Positions 36,665 to 50,707 of a DNA stretch of 64,000 bases are shown here, piece by piece. The stretch is taken from positions 252,402,001 through 252,466,000 of the forward strand of contig NC_083223.1 of NCBI RefSeq assembly GCF_032191835.1, read 5' to 3'. Every line of letters starts with the position of its first letter. Position 1 is the stretch's first letter. Both the position numbers and the translations under genes were made by a program. This DNA is from Heteronotia binoei. Taxonomy: Eukaryota. The notes beneath the pieces were generated by a model. The model worked only from the letters and a program-made list of their open reading frames with translations, did no database searches and was not told the DNA's origin.

Positions 36665-39600
36665 TTAAAAACCTTTGTCCATCAGCCACTTCTTCAGTTC
36701 CTCATCAAAATAACCTTTGATGCGAATGAAACAGGCAATTTCGTGGACTTGGGTGGCTGGCGTCTTTCCAGAAAGCTCTGTGAGGAATTCCTTCACTTCC
36801 TTTTCAAGGGCCTGTAGAAGAGAAGGAAGAAAGAGTTCAGAAACCACTTCACATATTCTCCATTTAAAGAATCCCATCTCTTCTGAGCTACAAAGTGCCA
36901 GGCAGAAACAATGCAGCTGTTTTACAAACACCTTTTGCCATGTCTACCATCTATGTAGACCTAATGCCTTTCAACAATTCAGGATTACTGGGATTTCCAC
37001 CCTGATTTCTCCTACTAACAGAGCTAAGCTCCTTTGTTCTGGAGTTCATATATGAAACCCAGTTCTATGCTGGAGCAGCGTGACAAGGAAATGGTTCAGA
37101 AACTTCAGCTGATCCAAAATGCAGCAGCTAGGCTACTGTGAGGGGTAGGCTACAATGATAATTTATTTAGTTTATTTTATATTGCCCTGATGCCGAAAGA
37201 TCCACACTGGTTACTCATCTGCTTCTGGGAACAATTCAAAGTGCTGATTCTTACATTTAATGCCCTTAAATAGCTTGGGGACAGCATCACTGAAGGACCA
37301 TCTGCTTCTGTACTATCTAGCCTCTCAATCACCTCTCCAGGCTAAACATACCAAACTTCTTCAACCTTTTCTCATAGGATTTGGTCTCCAGACCCCCTCA
37401 CTTTCTTCGTTGCCCTCCTTTGGACACCTTTCAGCTTGTCTATATCCTTCTTAAATTGTGGGGCCCACAACTGAACACAATACTCTAGGCAAGGCCTAAC
37501 CAGAGCAAAGTGATACCATCACTTCACATGTTCTGGGCACTATACACTATACTGGGCACTATACTTCTGTTGATACAGCCCAAAATCACATTTGCCTTTT
37601 TAACTACTGCATTACACAGAGACTAAGGGGAAATCCCATCCAGTTATGTTTGTCAGGAACCTGAGTGTACTTGCCAGATTTCTGTTGGGTTTTTTAAAAA
37701 CTGTGTTTCTTACCTGAGGGCATGAGAAGTAAAGTTCTCTATTGCACAACTGGTTGAGTCTCTTGATGGGAAACTCTACCACCTAGCAGTTGAAATGCTG
37801 GGCTGGGGTGCTATCATGCTCACTGTCCTCTGCCATTACAACACGGAGAGGAGACAAACACCTACCCAAATATCACCTTCAATCCTCCTGATAATTGTCA
37901 TCTTTCTGCAGCCGTGGGTGATTTCTTTGTAGACAGGAATGTTGTGCATGCGGGACCGCCGTACAAAATAAGGAAGGGCAGGAGGGGGATCTGACAAGAA
38001 AGCAGAGGGAACTGAAACATGAACAAAGTATTTCTGGCTCTCATTCAGACGTTACAATGGAAGTAACAGAACATCTACTTAAAGCACAGAATGCAACAGT
38101 CTTGCTAAAACTAAGCTGCTCTGGATCTAATCAGTGCCTACACAGAACACTTGAAGACTACACACACATCAGTTCCACAGAGAAAAAGTCAGACGCAAGC
38201 ATGGTTAAATAGATCACCAATGTACAAGCAGTTAGCTCTCCTCAGAACAGCTGGCTACTCGGTCCTCTTTCCAATTTGTCACTCTACTAAATCCTCAATT
38301 TGTGTATCTTGTTTTAGCAACATCTGACGCTCCATCGAGGATGAGGAAGAAAAGTGGTTTGGAGCAGTAGCAGACAAGGAAGAACTGAGTTACTGCAAGT
38401 TGCATGTTTACAACTTTGGATCATCAGTGCAGTCCTACAGAGCCAAGCCTGCTTTGTTCCAGTAGCAGAGAATATGTCTATTCAGTCTAACAGTGCAGCT
38501 ACACCTGTCCAATGTGGCCACTAGTCCAAGACTCTACCAAGCATAGCCTATACAAGTCCATGTTATGCTTACATTCTCAAAGTTTCCAACCAGTTTCCCA
38601 CCATATTTACCTTGTGGAGGCCTCCACCCAGACGGGGTGGGGTATGTGTCATGTTTGGGTGGTTCAGGTACTCTGGTGGGAGGTATAAGCCTCTCCACAA
38701 ATCTGTATTCCTCAGTAGATTCAACAATCCCTGGATATTTTAGCTGTGCATGGTTGGGTTCAGCCGACTCCTGGCTCTGAAATACCGAGAGATTACAGTC
38801 AACACACAATGTCACCACTCAAGAGTTATTTTCTTCCTCCAGCAGACTACTGAGAATTTTCATTGTTTGGAGTGTGCTGCTCACAGGTGAATGAAATATA
38901 CTAAATACTACCATGAAAAGTATATAATAAATACTTACAACAAATATATATTCTTAGGGGGGTTTTGTTCCAATTTATGTATTATATGTATGCAAAGTGC
39001 AATCCTAGCAATCTGAAGAAGAAAGGCTGTTGCTAAGATGTTAAGATTTCCTTGCGTGAGAGTAACTGCATAAGGAGTGAATTGGACTGGAAGTGTTTAT
39101 TATTAGTTATTTATTAGTTCTTTCTTATAGTTGTTGATGGAAGATAATGAAGTAATTGATAAACTGATGTAACTTGCACTTTACATATATATAATACACA
39201 AACCAGAACTAAAAAAAAGTACATAATTGTATTTTAAAACTGGTGGAGGAGGAAACCAACACATTCCACCCAAAATTCACTGGAAGATGGAGAAGATAAC
39301 AATAAAATTTATTTAAAACATTTATATGCCGACCTTTCTTTCTCTCATACACACATTTTGTAAATGATGTTCTGTAGTTCCCAATAAGTCCAGTAGGCAG
39401 GTAGTGTACAGGTAATCACTACCGCCCTCTTCATTTGTTCCTTTTGTTGGCAGAAATCTTTTAATAGGCAAGAAGAGGAAGGGGGAGAGACGCTAAAGTC
39501 TGCTGAATTTCTGCCTGCTTATAACTACAGCGCAAACAAATTCCTGGGCATTAAAAAGCCCTCTTCTTTCTCAAATTAATCTACGGCGTCCTCCAAGCTT

Positions 39601-39774
39601 TGATACCGCTTGTTCCAACAGCTATGCTACACCTGCGCAACCCCATGTAAGCCTGCCCTACGCCTCAGTGACCCCTACCAGATAGGCCGATCCTAAAGAC
39701 AGCAACCGTTGCCTCCGTACGTCCAGCCACTGAGCCCTCCTCTGCACAATTCTCACTAACGCAAGAGCCGCCAT
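36665..39774 (-). CDS. MRPL49: 39S mitochondrial ribosomal protein L49 (4 exons, 177 aa)
   Basis: Exons 39774-39679, 38776-38611, 37990-37866, 36811-36665 (534 nt, GT-AG, phases consistent). Arg-rich presequence [16 protein letters not shown]..., then [44 protein letters not shown] and [17 protein letters not shown]. Confidence 0.96.
37290..37610 (-). mobile_element. CR1 ORF2 fragment in MRPL49 intron 3 (adjacent L2 fragment 37060-37290)
   Basis: CTCTCCAGGCTAAACA...TTCGTTGCCCTCCTTTGGACAC...CTGAACACAATACTCTAGG, the typical antisense CR1 RT-region text. Confidence 0.7.
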
Positions 39775-39854
39775 CCGTCCTTCTCCCGGCCCCTTCACGC
39801 GGTGGCCGCCGGGAATGAACAGGAAGGAGGGAAAGCTCCATGGGGACAGGAAAA

Positions 39855-39874
39855 CTTCCGGTAAAAACCGGAAG
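39855..39874. promoter_or_regulatory. MRPL49 promoter: inverted pair of ETS/GABP-type sites
   Basis: CTTCCGG-TAAAAA-CCGGAAG, 80-100 nt upstream of the MRPL49 ATG, in a CpG-rich patch. Confidence 0.65.
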
Positions 39875-39964
39875 CCGCCTCTGGCCGTGATAAAAAAAAT
39901 TGCGTCTCTCTGGGCACTAAAAATGTCTATGGTGAAAACTATAAAATAACTATTTTTCTGTCTG

Positions 39965-40135
39965 CTAGTGGGTAGCCGTGTTCGTCCGCTATGGGACAGA
40001 TAGACTGGAGTCCAATAGCACTTTGATCAACAAGATTTTCGGGGCAGGAGCTTTTGAGAATGTGTCTGACGAAGGGAGTCTTGACACTCCTGAAAATCTT
40101 GTTGATCTCTAAGCTACTGGACTCGAATCTAATTG
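39965..40135. repeat. Penelope-type palindromic repeat in the MRPL49-FAU spacer (further pieces at 40230-40255 and 40695-40880)
   Basis: GGGTAGCCGTGTT start. Inverted arms TCAACAAGATTTTC / GAAAATCTTGTTGA around TCTGACGAAG. Confidence 0.65.
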
Positions 40136-40949
40136 TTCTATTATGTGTATATCTTTTTAATGTCAATATAATTTGTGGAAAACACTAAGTTAATTTTTTA
40201 GTTCGGAAATACCAATCAGAAGCATGCTTCAGGGGGTAGCCGTGTTGGTCTGCATTCCTTTCTTCTATACATCCTCTGTAAGGACTATACATCCTATATA
40301 TTTTTATGCATTCTTATCTCTCCCTCTTTTCTTTTGAACAATGTAATTAAATACTGTTTGCAATAGAATGCAAAATATAAGAACAGATTTTTTTTCCAGA
40401 CACAACAGCTCTTACGAACAACATATAGTGATCGTTACCTTCATGCTTGAGGGGAGGCAGATGGATATCATAAAGTTAACTTTTCCACAATTAGAAAAGA
40501 TTCTCTTAAACACCTATCTCCTATTTTGAGATATTTATTGCGTAAAATGTTGTTTCCCCTTAATTGGATCCATACAGATATTGAGCCTGTGCACTTGGCT
40601 TATTGTCCCTGGTTTGTATCAAAATGTCTACATCGTTCTAATTTGTTTTTTTTTTTCCAGTCTATAAGTTTGAATGGTTTTCTCCCATTTCACCGTACCT
40701 GAAGAAGTGTGTGTGTACAATTATACCTTGAATCAAACTTCGTTGGTCTTACAGGTGCTACTGGACTGTAACTTTATTCTGCATTAGAACAGTGTGATTC
40801 AAGTCCAGTAGAGCATTACAGACGAACAAGATTTTCAAGGTCTAAACACTTTGGACCGTCAAAGCTGCCTTCGTCAGACAAAAGTGGGATCTCTGAGTCT
40901 GTAATCTCTGACATTGCGTATCCCTTTAGTGTTTTTCTACCTCTAGAGG

Positions 40950-41165
40950 AAAGATGGCCGCGCGGATTGATGACGACACAAGCGGACAATGTTTCATGAA
41001 TGAACGGAGAGGAAGAAAGATATCGCGTACTCAGAGACGAGAGCGGACGCTTCCTCAGTGCGCCTGCGTGCTCAAAGCCCCGCCCTTCCTCCTCTCATCT
41101 GCGTGCGCTGGGTAGCGGCAGATTCCTTTTCTCTGCGGCCTCCATCTTGGGACGTCGTGCGACTG
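40950..41165 (+). promoter_or_regulatory. FAU promoter and non-coding exon 1 with TCT initiator/5'TOP
   Basis: Pyrimidine start TTCCTTTTCTCT (~41123), YY1-type CCATCTT in exon 1 and AAGATGGCCG at 40951, NRF1-like TGCGCCTGCG. Donor CTG|GTGAGG at 41165/41166. Confidence 0.75.
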
Positions 41166-42087
41166 GTGAGGCTGAAGGGACTGAAAAGAGGGTCGGAGTG
41201 GGCGGGTGAGGGGATTGAAACGACCCGCTCACTTGATGAAAAGTGGGGAGGTCGGTTTGCGGGCTCTTTTCCTAATTTTTACCGGGGGGGGCGAGGTTTG
41301 AGAATAAGTGGGTCCCTGCCTGAGCTTGGACAGAGAGGGCCTAATGGATAAGAACGCTCGGATTCTCTTGTGGACAGAGAAAGAGGATAAAGACGCAGGG
41401 GCTGGGCAATCAGGATGTTTTGATGGAAGGGTGCTAGAGGTTAAAAGCTAGAACTCCTGACTTCGGTTTATTGGGGCAGGGGAGAATCCGAGCTGGGGTC
41501 CAAATGCGGAAGTAGTGAATTGTTAGTTAAAATCTTGGGAACAGAAGCGTAAGGGCCTGGACCTTATGTATTGAGAGGGAGAAGTTAACTGTAACTATCG
41601 TGATGAAGAGGTTAGTAATTCAGAATTCCTGGGTTCTGTGTTCTCCCAGGAGTTTGAAGTTTCCAAGGGACATCCAGTAAGAGTTCAGAGACATGAGTTC
41701 TGCAGTGGGAAGGCTTGGGGAGGGGAAAGATGGTAGAGGATTTCTATGTTCTCTGGTGGGTCTGTGGGAGAGATGTGAAGCTGGGGTTATTTGGAGGGTA
41801 GAGAATCTGATTCTAGATAATTTTAGGAAAAGTAAAGAGAGAGGAGGAGGAGGGCAATTTTTCTTTCTTCTCTGCTACCCTAACATGCCGAACAGATCGG
41901 CCAGCTGATTTCCCCCATCCCCAAGTTTAGAGAGGCTGGTCCTGGTACAGTTGAGACACTGAACATTTGGAGAAAAGTGGTGCTTACTTCTGGCATAAAT
42001 ACTGTCTAGGATGGCCTTTCTGGGCTGAACTCTGTTCTTTACAAGGTAAAGTCAATCTCACTGCTCTTCCTCAGTACAGCTGGAACC

Positions 42088-45583
<3,496 letters not shown>

Positions 45584-45600
45584 ATAGCATCCAGTTACCT

Positions 45601-45606
45601 AATAAA
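45601..45606 (+). terminator. FAU poly(A) signal
   Basis: AATAAA 17 nt after the stop, followed by a GU-rich tract. A short 3'UTR is typical of ribosomal-protein mRNAs. Confidence 0.8.
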
Positions 45607-47044
45607 TCTGATATTTGCTTGGACCACTTTCCTGGTGTGGTTTCTCTTTGGGGTAGGCATGTTGGTCGGCTGTTTATTAGTTAAAAGGCTTTATGCCATC
45701 TGGGCTCAGCGCTGTAGCTAATCACAGCTGAATAGGATAGAGACCTGAGGCCCTATCAGTCGTGAACAAGAGAGTCCTGCTGGATTGGATCAAAGGGCTG
45801 TCTAATCCAGCCTCCTTCAGAGACCAGTTATGTGCCCCCAGAATGCCAACAAAGCACGGAATGAAGACAATAGCCCTCCCCTTATAGCTTGTCCTAATAC
45901 CTGTTATTCAAGGGCATATTCTCTCTGAATGCTGTGTTATACATAATTTGTTTGTATTTTTATGCTATCAAGGCCCTTTCCATTGTCATGTTTATTTGGT
46001 GAATTCATTACTGGGGGGGGGGGGCAAGCAAAAACTTGCTCAAGTATTTATAATTCCATGGTTATCAATATTACTGTTCAAAGGCTAACTTCTGTTTCTT
46101 AAAGTTAGATTGGGGTCTTTAATGGCTGCATGTATAAATCTCACTAGCTATTTTAACTGTGTTCACAAAAACGATATGTTAAATGAAGTATTTAAAACAG
46201 GCAAGTGTTTTTTGCCTTCTGTCTCATCAAGCAAGTGCAGTGCTGGCTTTGATCTGTACCATAACTTCAGCATCTATGTGCTGCTTCACAGACTAAGCAC
46301 AATGCAAGCAGTTTAGGAAGAAGAAAGGGGAAAAGGGCAAACGGATGTGACCAAATGCAGTTGTACGTGTTTAAGCATCTATCGGGTTTGTGTGAAGAGG
46401 TTTTTGGCTATACCACTTCAGTGTAGTGGAAGGGTGTGGGTAGGAAATAGTTAAGTCTGCCATACGTAGCATCTCAGGCCAGTATGCTGTCAGCAGGGGA
46501 TTATGTTGTATTAAGTAGTATACACTGATCTGGGGTATAGGGGATAACAATGAACTGGAATGAGTTTGGTCCCTGGTTCAAATCTTGCCTTTGATATGAA
46601 TTCACTGGATGCTCCTAAGCAAGATATGGTCTCTTAGCTACTCTTCTGAAAGACAGGCATAATAGTCTACTTTATAAGCTAAAGACTACAAAGTCTGTTG
46701 AATACTAAAGGCTTTAAGTATTTTCTCTAAGCAAAATGGAACTTCCTTTTTCATATAAATCAGCAGAAACGGTTTATTTGCCCTCAATGGTGAAGTAAAG
46801 GCTCCCTGCCTTGTAGAACAGCCTGCCAGTGGTGGTCAAAAAGGCCCCCATAACCTCTTATCATTTCACAGAATGTGCAAAATAAGTCTTCAGGAGGGAC
46901 TTTCTAACTAAAGGCATATATATTAATATAAGGGAGCAGCTTAAGAAACTGCTTCTATAAGGAATGGTATTGTAGTTTATTGCAATGTTCATGTATTGGT
47001 GGTCGAAAGTGCCCTGTCACAGCTGACATGGTGTTCTGGTAGAG

Positions 47045-47177
47045 CAGGGTTGGCCAATGGTAGCTCCAGATGTTTTTTGCCTACAACTCCCATTAGCCCC
47101 AGCCATTGGCCATGCTGGCTGGGGCCGATGGAAGTTGTAGGCAAAAACATCTTGAGAGCTACCATTGGCCACCCCTG
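47045..47177. mobile_element. Palindromic hAT MITE
   Basis: CAGGGTTGGCCAATGGTAGCTC / GAGCTACCATTGGCCACCCCTG. Whole-element hairpin. TSD TGGTAGAG/TGGTAGGG. Confidence 0.85.
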
Positions 47178-47679
47178 TGGTAGGGTTTTCAAAGCAAGAA
47201 ACATTCAGAGGTGGTTCACCACTACCCGAGTGGCTCATGACCCTCATATTCCTTGGAGGTTTCCCATCCAAATACTAGCCAGGGCTGTTTAGCTTCTGAG
47301 ATTTGAGAGGATTGGGCTATCCGTGTATTGCTTCCTTTTTTTTCTACAGTGTCCTTGATGTTTGTAACCCCTTTTCTTGATTATGGTATTGTTGACTTGG
47401 GCCACAGTTTCCTAGTTCTTTAATCTGGATCCTACTGCATTGGGTTTTGGAGGTTTTCACATTTTTAAAATCCACCTTGGGCTTCCAAGAGATACGTGGG
47501 AATAAATTAGTAAGAGCAGGGAGTGTGTATGTGACAGCATTTGTGGAGCCCTGCTGACTGGACTGCCTGTTTGCCCCCTTTGCCATCACTGGCTACTCCA
47601 CCCTTGGTAGTCCGCAAGTTACTTCACCTCCCCCTTCCACTGGCCTGCTGAATCCCTCTGTCCTGCCCAGACTCCAAGG

Positions 47680-48430
47680 CAGTGGTGGCCAAACTTGCTT
47701 AATGTAAGAGCCACATAGAATAAGCATCAGATGTTTGAGAGCTGTAAGACATGAATGAGGGAAGGAAGGCAAATAGATGTGGGAGGGAGAGGTGGAAAGA
47801 AAGCAGCTTTAAATGCTGGCCTCCTCCTCTAAGCTGGCCAACAGGGTGGCAGGAGCTTCAAAAGCCACACAATGGCTGCTTACAGACATGCAGTTTGGGG
47901 CGAATGGGAGGTGTCCCAAATCAGGCAGGCTCAAAAAGGTTCCTAAATCGTCCACATGCTCCAGCGCAAGGCGTCCCTATCCCACACACGGGGCACCTTG
48001 GCGCAGTCAGATGTAGCTTTCCCTTGGCGCAGTTTGGGTCTCTTTTTTTCTGTACATTTTTAGGGGACATGCGCATATGTGCTGTAGGCAGTTTTTTAAA
48101 AACCATACTGGTGAACAGCTAGAGCAGATTGGCAGGTTCACTCCGCCAAACCGCCTCACTTGTGTGCTTCCGCGTCCAGACACCAAAGAGATGACTGGCA
48201 TGTGGCTCAGAAATTTGCTACCACTTTGAAAGTGGTAGCTTTTTGAGCCATTCTGCGGACACTGGTGGATGGGGTAAGTACAAGGCAGGCCTCAGATGTG
48301 AGCATTTGGACGGGTTTTTCTAGTCAGTTTCTAAGGCGTCTCTGGGTTGCCCCAAACTGCCCCTCTGTAAGCAGCCACCATGTGTGAAAGAGCCACATGT
48401 GCATTCTGAGTCACAATTTGGTTAACCCAC
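47680..48430 (+). mobile_element. hAT MITE (same family as 31405) split by a nested TIR element at 47873-48377
   Basis: Begins CAGTGGTGGCCAAACTTGC. Host text AAGCCACACAAT | ATGTGTGAAAGAGCCACATGTG is interrupted by an insert with ~27-bp TIRs GGCTGCTTACAGA...GCAGTTTGGGG. Confidence 0.7.
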
Positions 48431-48509
48431 CTTGGGGGCCTTCATCCCCAAGCTCTGCTTCCCAGCCCTTTACATCTGCTTCTCCAGCTTGCCCCCTATT
48501 GCTCCGCCT

Positions 48510-48660
48510 CCCCTACTGGCCACGCCCCCTTTATATTCCGACCTCCCTGGGCGGGGCAGCCTACCTCTACGGCCCACTCGAGTGAAAACGAAGGCGAGGC
48601 GGAAATTAAGCGTTTTCAGAGACGGAGCTAGCCGACAATTGACGGAAGTTCCCGAACACT
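48510..48660 (+). promoter_or_regulatory. ZNHIT2 promoter (Sp/KLF and ETS-type motifs)
   Basis: CCACGCCCCC, GGGCGGGGC, GGCGGAAAT and CGGAAGT motifs in CpG-rich sequence directly upstream of the ATG. Confidence 0.55.
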
Positions 48661-48689
48661 CGGAATTCACTGACCGCGTGTGCCCGACG

Positions 48690-49934
48690 ATGGAAGCTGA
48701 AGATTCGCGTCCCCCTCCCGACCCTTGCTGTGGGCTGTGCCTGGCCAAGAGAGCTCCTTACACCTGCCCGCGCTGCCACCTGCGTTTTTGCTCCGTGCCT
48801 TGCTACCGGGAACACGGCTCCTGCGCCCAGGACTTCCACCACCGGGAACTACAAATCCGGCTCCAGGGCCAGCGGGAGGACCCGGCCTCTCAACGCCGCT
48901 TAAGGCAGGCCCTTCTCAGGCTGCATGAGCTACGTGAGCCCGGGGATGCGGATCCCCAGCTAGGCCTCGATCCCAATTTGGACCAGGCGGAGTCCGAAGC
49001 GCTGTGGGAGCAACTCAGCCCGGACCAAAGAAAGCGTTTCCAGCGGTTGCTGAACAGCGGGGAGATCTCGGCTCTCTTGCCCCCTTGGAAGCCTTGGTGG
49101 ACGGGGCGCAGCTGTGGGGCAGCGCTGATTCAGGAACTAGGGCCAGAGACCCTCCCAATTCCTTTGCAGCAACAGCAGTCCCCTCATGGCTCCTTAGCCT
49201 TGCAACAGCCTCAGCCTCCGGAGCCTTTGCAGGAGATCTCCGGCAGCACCCAGAGCCCTGCACAGCCGGCGGATGCCTCAAGCTCCGTGCCTCCGGTGCC
49301 CGCCGTCATTCCCCCCTTGAGCAGCCTAACGCGGGTGCCCGTCTCGCCCCTGGTTCGCTTCCAGTTGCCCAACGTGCTGTACGCTTATGCCTATGCCCTG
49401 GCGCTTTACAACGGCGAGGTGGAGGAGGCCCAGCTGCTCCCAGAATTTTGTGAAACGGTTCTGGACCTCTCGGGTGCTTTGGGAGCCAAGCAGGGCTTCG
49501 GGTCCACGGCAGAGGCCCTGCAAGCGGCCCTGCAAGCAATAACCGTGGGGCGATACCCCGAATGCCTATTGGGGAATGGCGGGGTGATGGCATCGGTGGC
49601 CCAGATCTTAATGGGGGAATGCCAAGCCAAGCAAAAGGGGTATAGCTTGGCAGCCCTCGCCCACCTCTCCCGGTTGCTGAGCAAGGGGAAGAGGCAGGTG
49701 CCTGCTGAGGATCAACCCAGGCTGTACGCAGCAAAGAAAAAGTGCGACTTTATTTTGTCCTGGGTGAACGATAATGAAGGGGCGTTAACCCTCCTGGCCT
49801 TGGAGGTGCAAAGAGAATACAAGGCCCATCTGGACACCATCAGGGAGGTGGGAGCTGTCACCCAGGAACTGGAGAAGATGTGGGGGGCCAAAGTGCCTCC
49901 ACCCAAAAAGACCTTGATAGAAGAATTGGACTGA
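48690..49934 (+). CDS. ZNHIT2: Zinc finger HIT domain-containing protein 2, intronless (414 aa from first ATG)
   Basis: Good Kozak (acgATGg). N-terminal HIT finger CGLC...YTCPRCHLRFCSVPCYREHGSC, then LLPPWKPWW, SPLVRFQLPNVLYAYAYAL and C-terminal KKTLIEELD*. Position between FAU and TM7SF2 matches human. AATAAA at ~50199. Confidence 0.95.
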   Translation: MEAEDSRPPPDPCCGLCLAKRAPYTCPRCHLRFCSVPCYREHGSCAQDFHHRELQIRLQGQREDPASQRRLRQALLRLHELREPGDADPQLGLDPNLDQAESEALWEQLSPDQRKRFQRLLNSGEISALLPPWKPWWTGRSCGAALIQELGPETLPIPLQQQQSPHGSLALQQPQPPEPLQEISGSTQSPAQPADASSSVPPVPAVIPPLSSLTRVPVSPLVRFQLPNVLYAYAYALALYNGEVEEAQLLPEFCETVLDLSGALGAKQGFGSTAEALQAALQAITVGRYPECLLGNGGVMASVAQILMGECQAKQKGYSLAALAHLSRLLSKGKRQVPAEDQPRLYAAKKKCDFILSWVNDNEGALTLLALEVQREYKAHLDTIREVGAVTQELEKMWGAKVPPPKKTLIEELD

Positions 49935-50408
49935 AGGGCGAGACTGGAGGAGTCTTGGAATTGGGACACCAGCTGGTCTTGTGTGGAGAGATGGTTCTCC
50001 CTTCTGGAAACCTGCAGGATTAGGACTTCAGCCAGAAACGGACTCAGTGCCCTGTGGATGGGACTGAATTCAGGATTAGTCACAAGCAGCACAGAAGTCC
50101 AAGTGGAATGGATTAGCACCCTTTCTCGCAGGGGAGAGAATACCTTGAAAGAGTTTTGAGAGATGTGGGGTTTTGAGAGCTGTGGGGAGGAGGGTTGTAA
50201 TAAAATATCAGCTTGCTTGCCATGCCATCTTTCTTTCCGGATTCCTTTTAATCCAGTTAAGCCCCTCTGATTGAAAAAAATTAGTGTCAAGAGCACACTA
50301 AATAACAATCAAGTGAACTTGAGCGCACACCTTTAAAATGGCCAAATGGCATCTGTTCCCCACCCTCCCCAGTTGTTTAAAGCCCCCTGCTTTGAGAAGC
50401 TTTCAGTC

Positions 50409-50707
50409 CAGGGCCAAACAGTGGCGCAGGAGCCACATGTGGCTCTTTCACACACATGGTGTGGCTGTCGAAACCCCTACCACTCCGTTGGCTGGCTTCG
50501 AGAAGGCATTGCTCTCTTTAAATCACTTTTCCAAGCGAAGCAGTTGGTGGCTTGGAGAATGCATTTGAAGTTACAGTTATTTTCTTTCCACCTCTCTCTC
50601 CCACCCCCATCTGTTTGCCTGCCTGCCTGCCTTCCTATTTTTCAGCTCTCAAACATTGGACATTTATTCTATTTGGCTCTTACATTAATCAAGTTTGGCC
50701 ACTCCTG
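50409..50707 (-). mobile_element. hAT MITE (31405 family, opposite orientation)
   Basis: Ends GTTTGGCCACTCCTG. TSD TTTCAGTC/TTCCAGTC. Confidence 0.75.

Noticed and set aside
41600-41720. Possible C/D snoRNA in FAU intron 1 (GTGATGA box C)
   Set aside because: No CTGA box D or terminal stem within the expected distance.
47680-50707. Same-family hAT MITEs in inverted orientation bracketing intronless ZNHIT2 (composite or Pack-transposon idea)
   Set aside because: Outer flanks do not form a TSD (CTCCAAGG versus TTCCAGTC), the right copy has its own TSD, and ZNHIT2 is at its conserved syntenic position.
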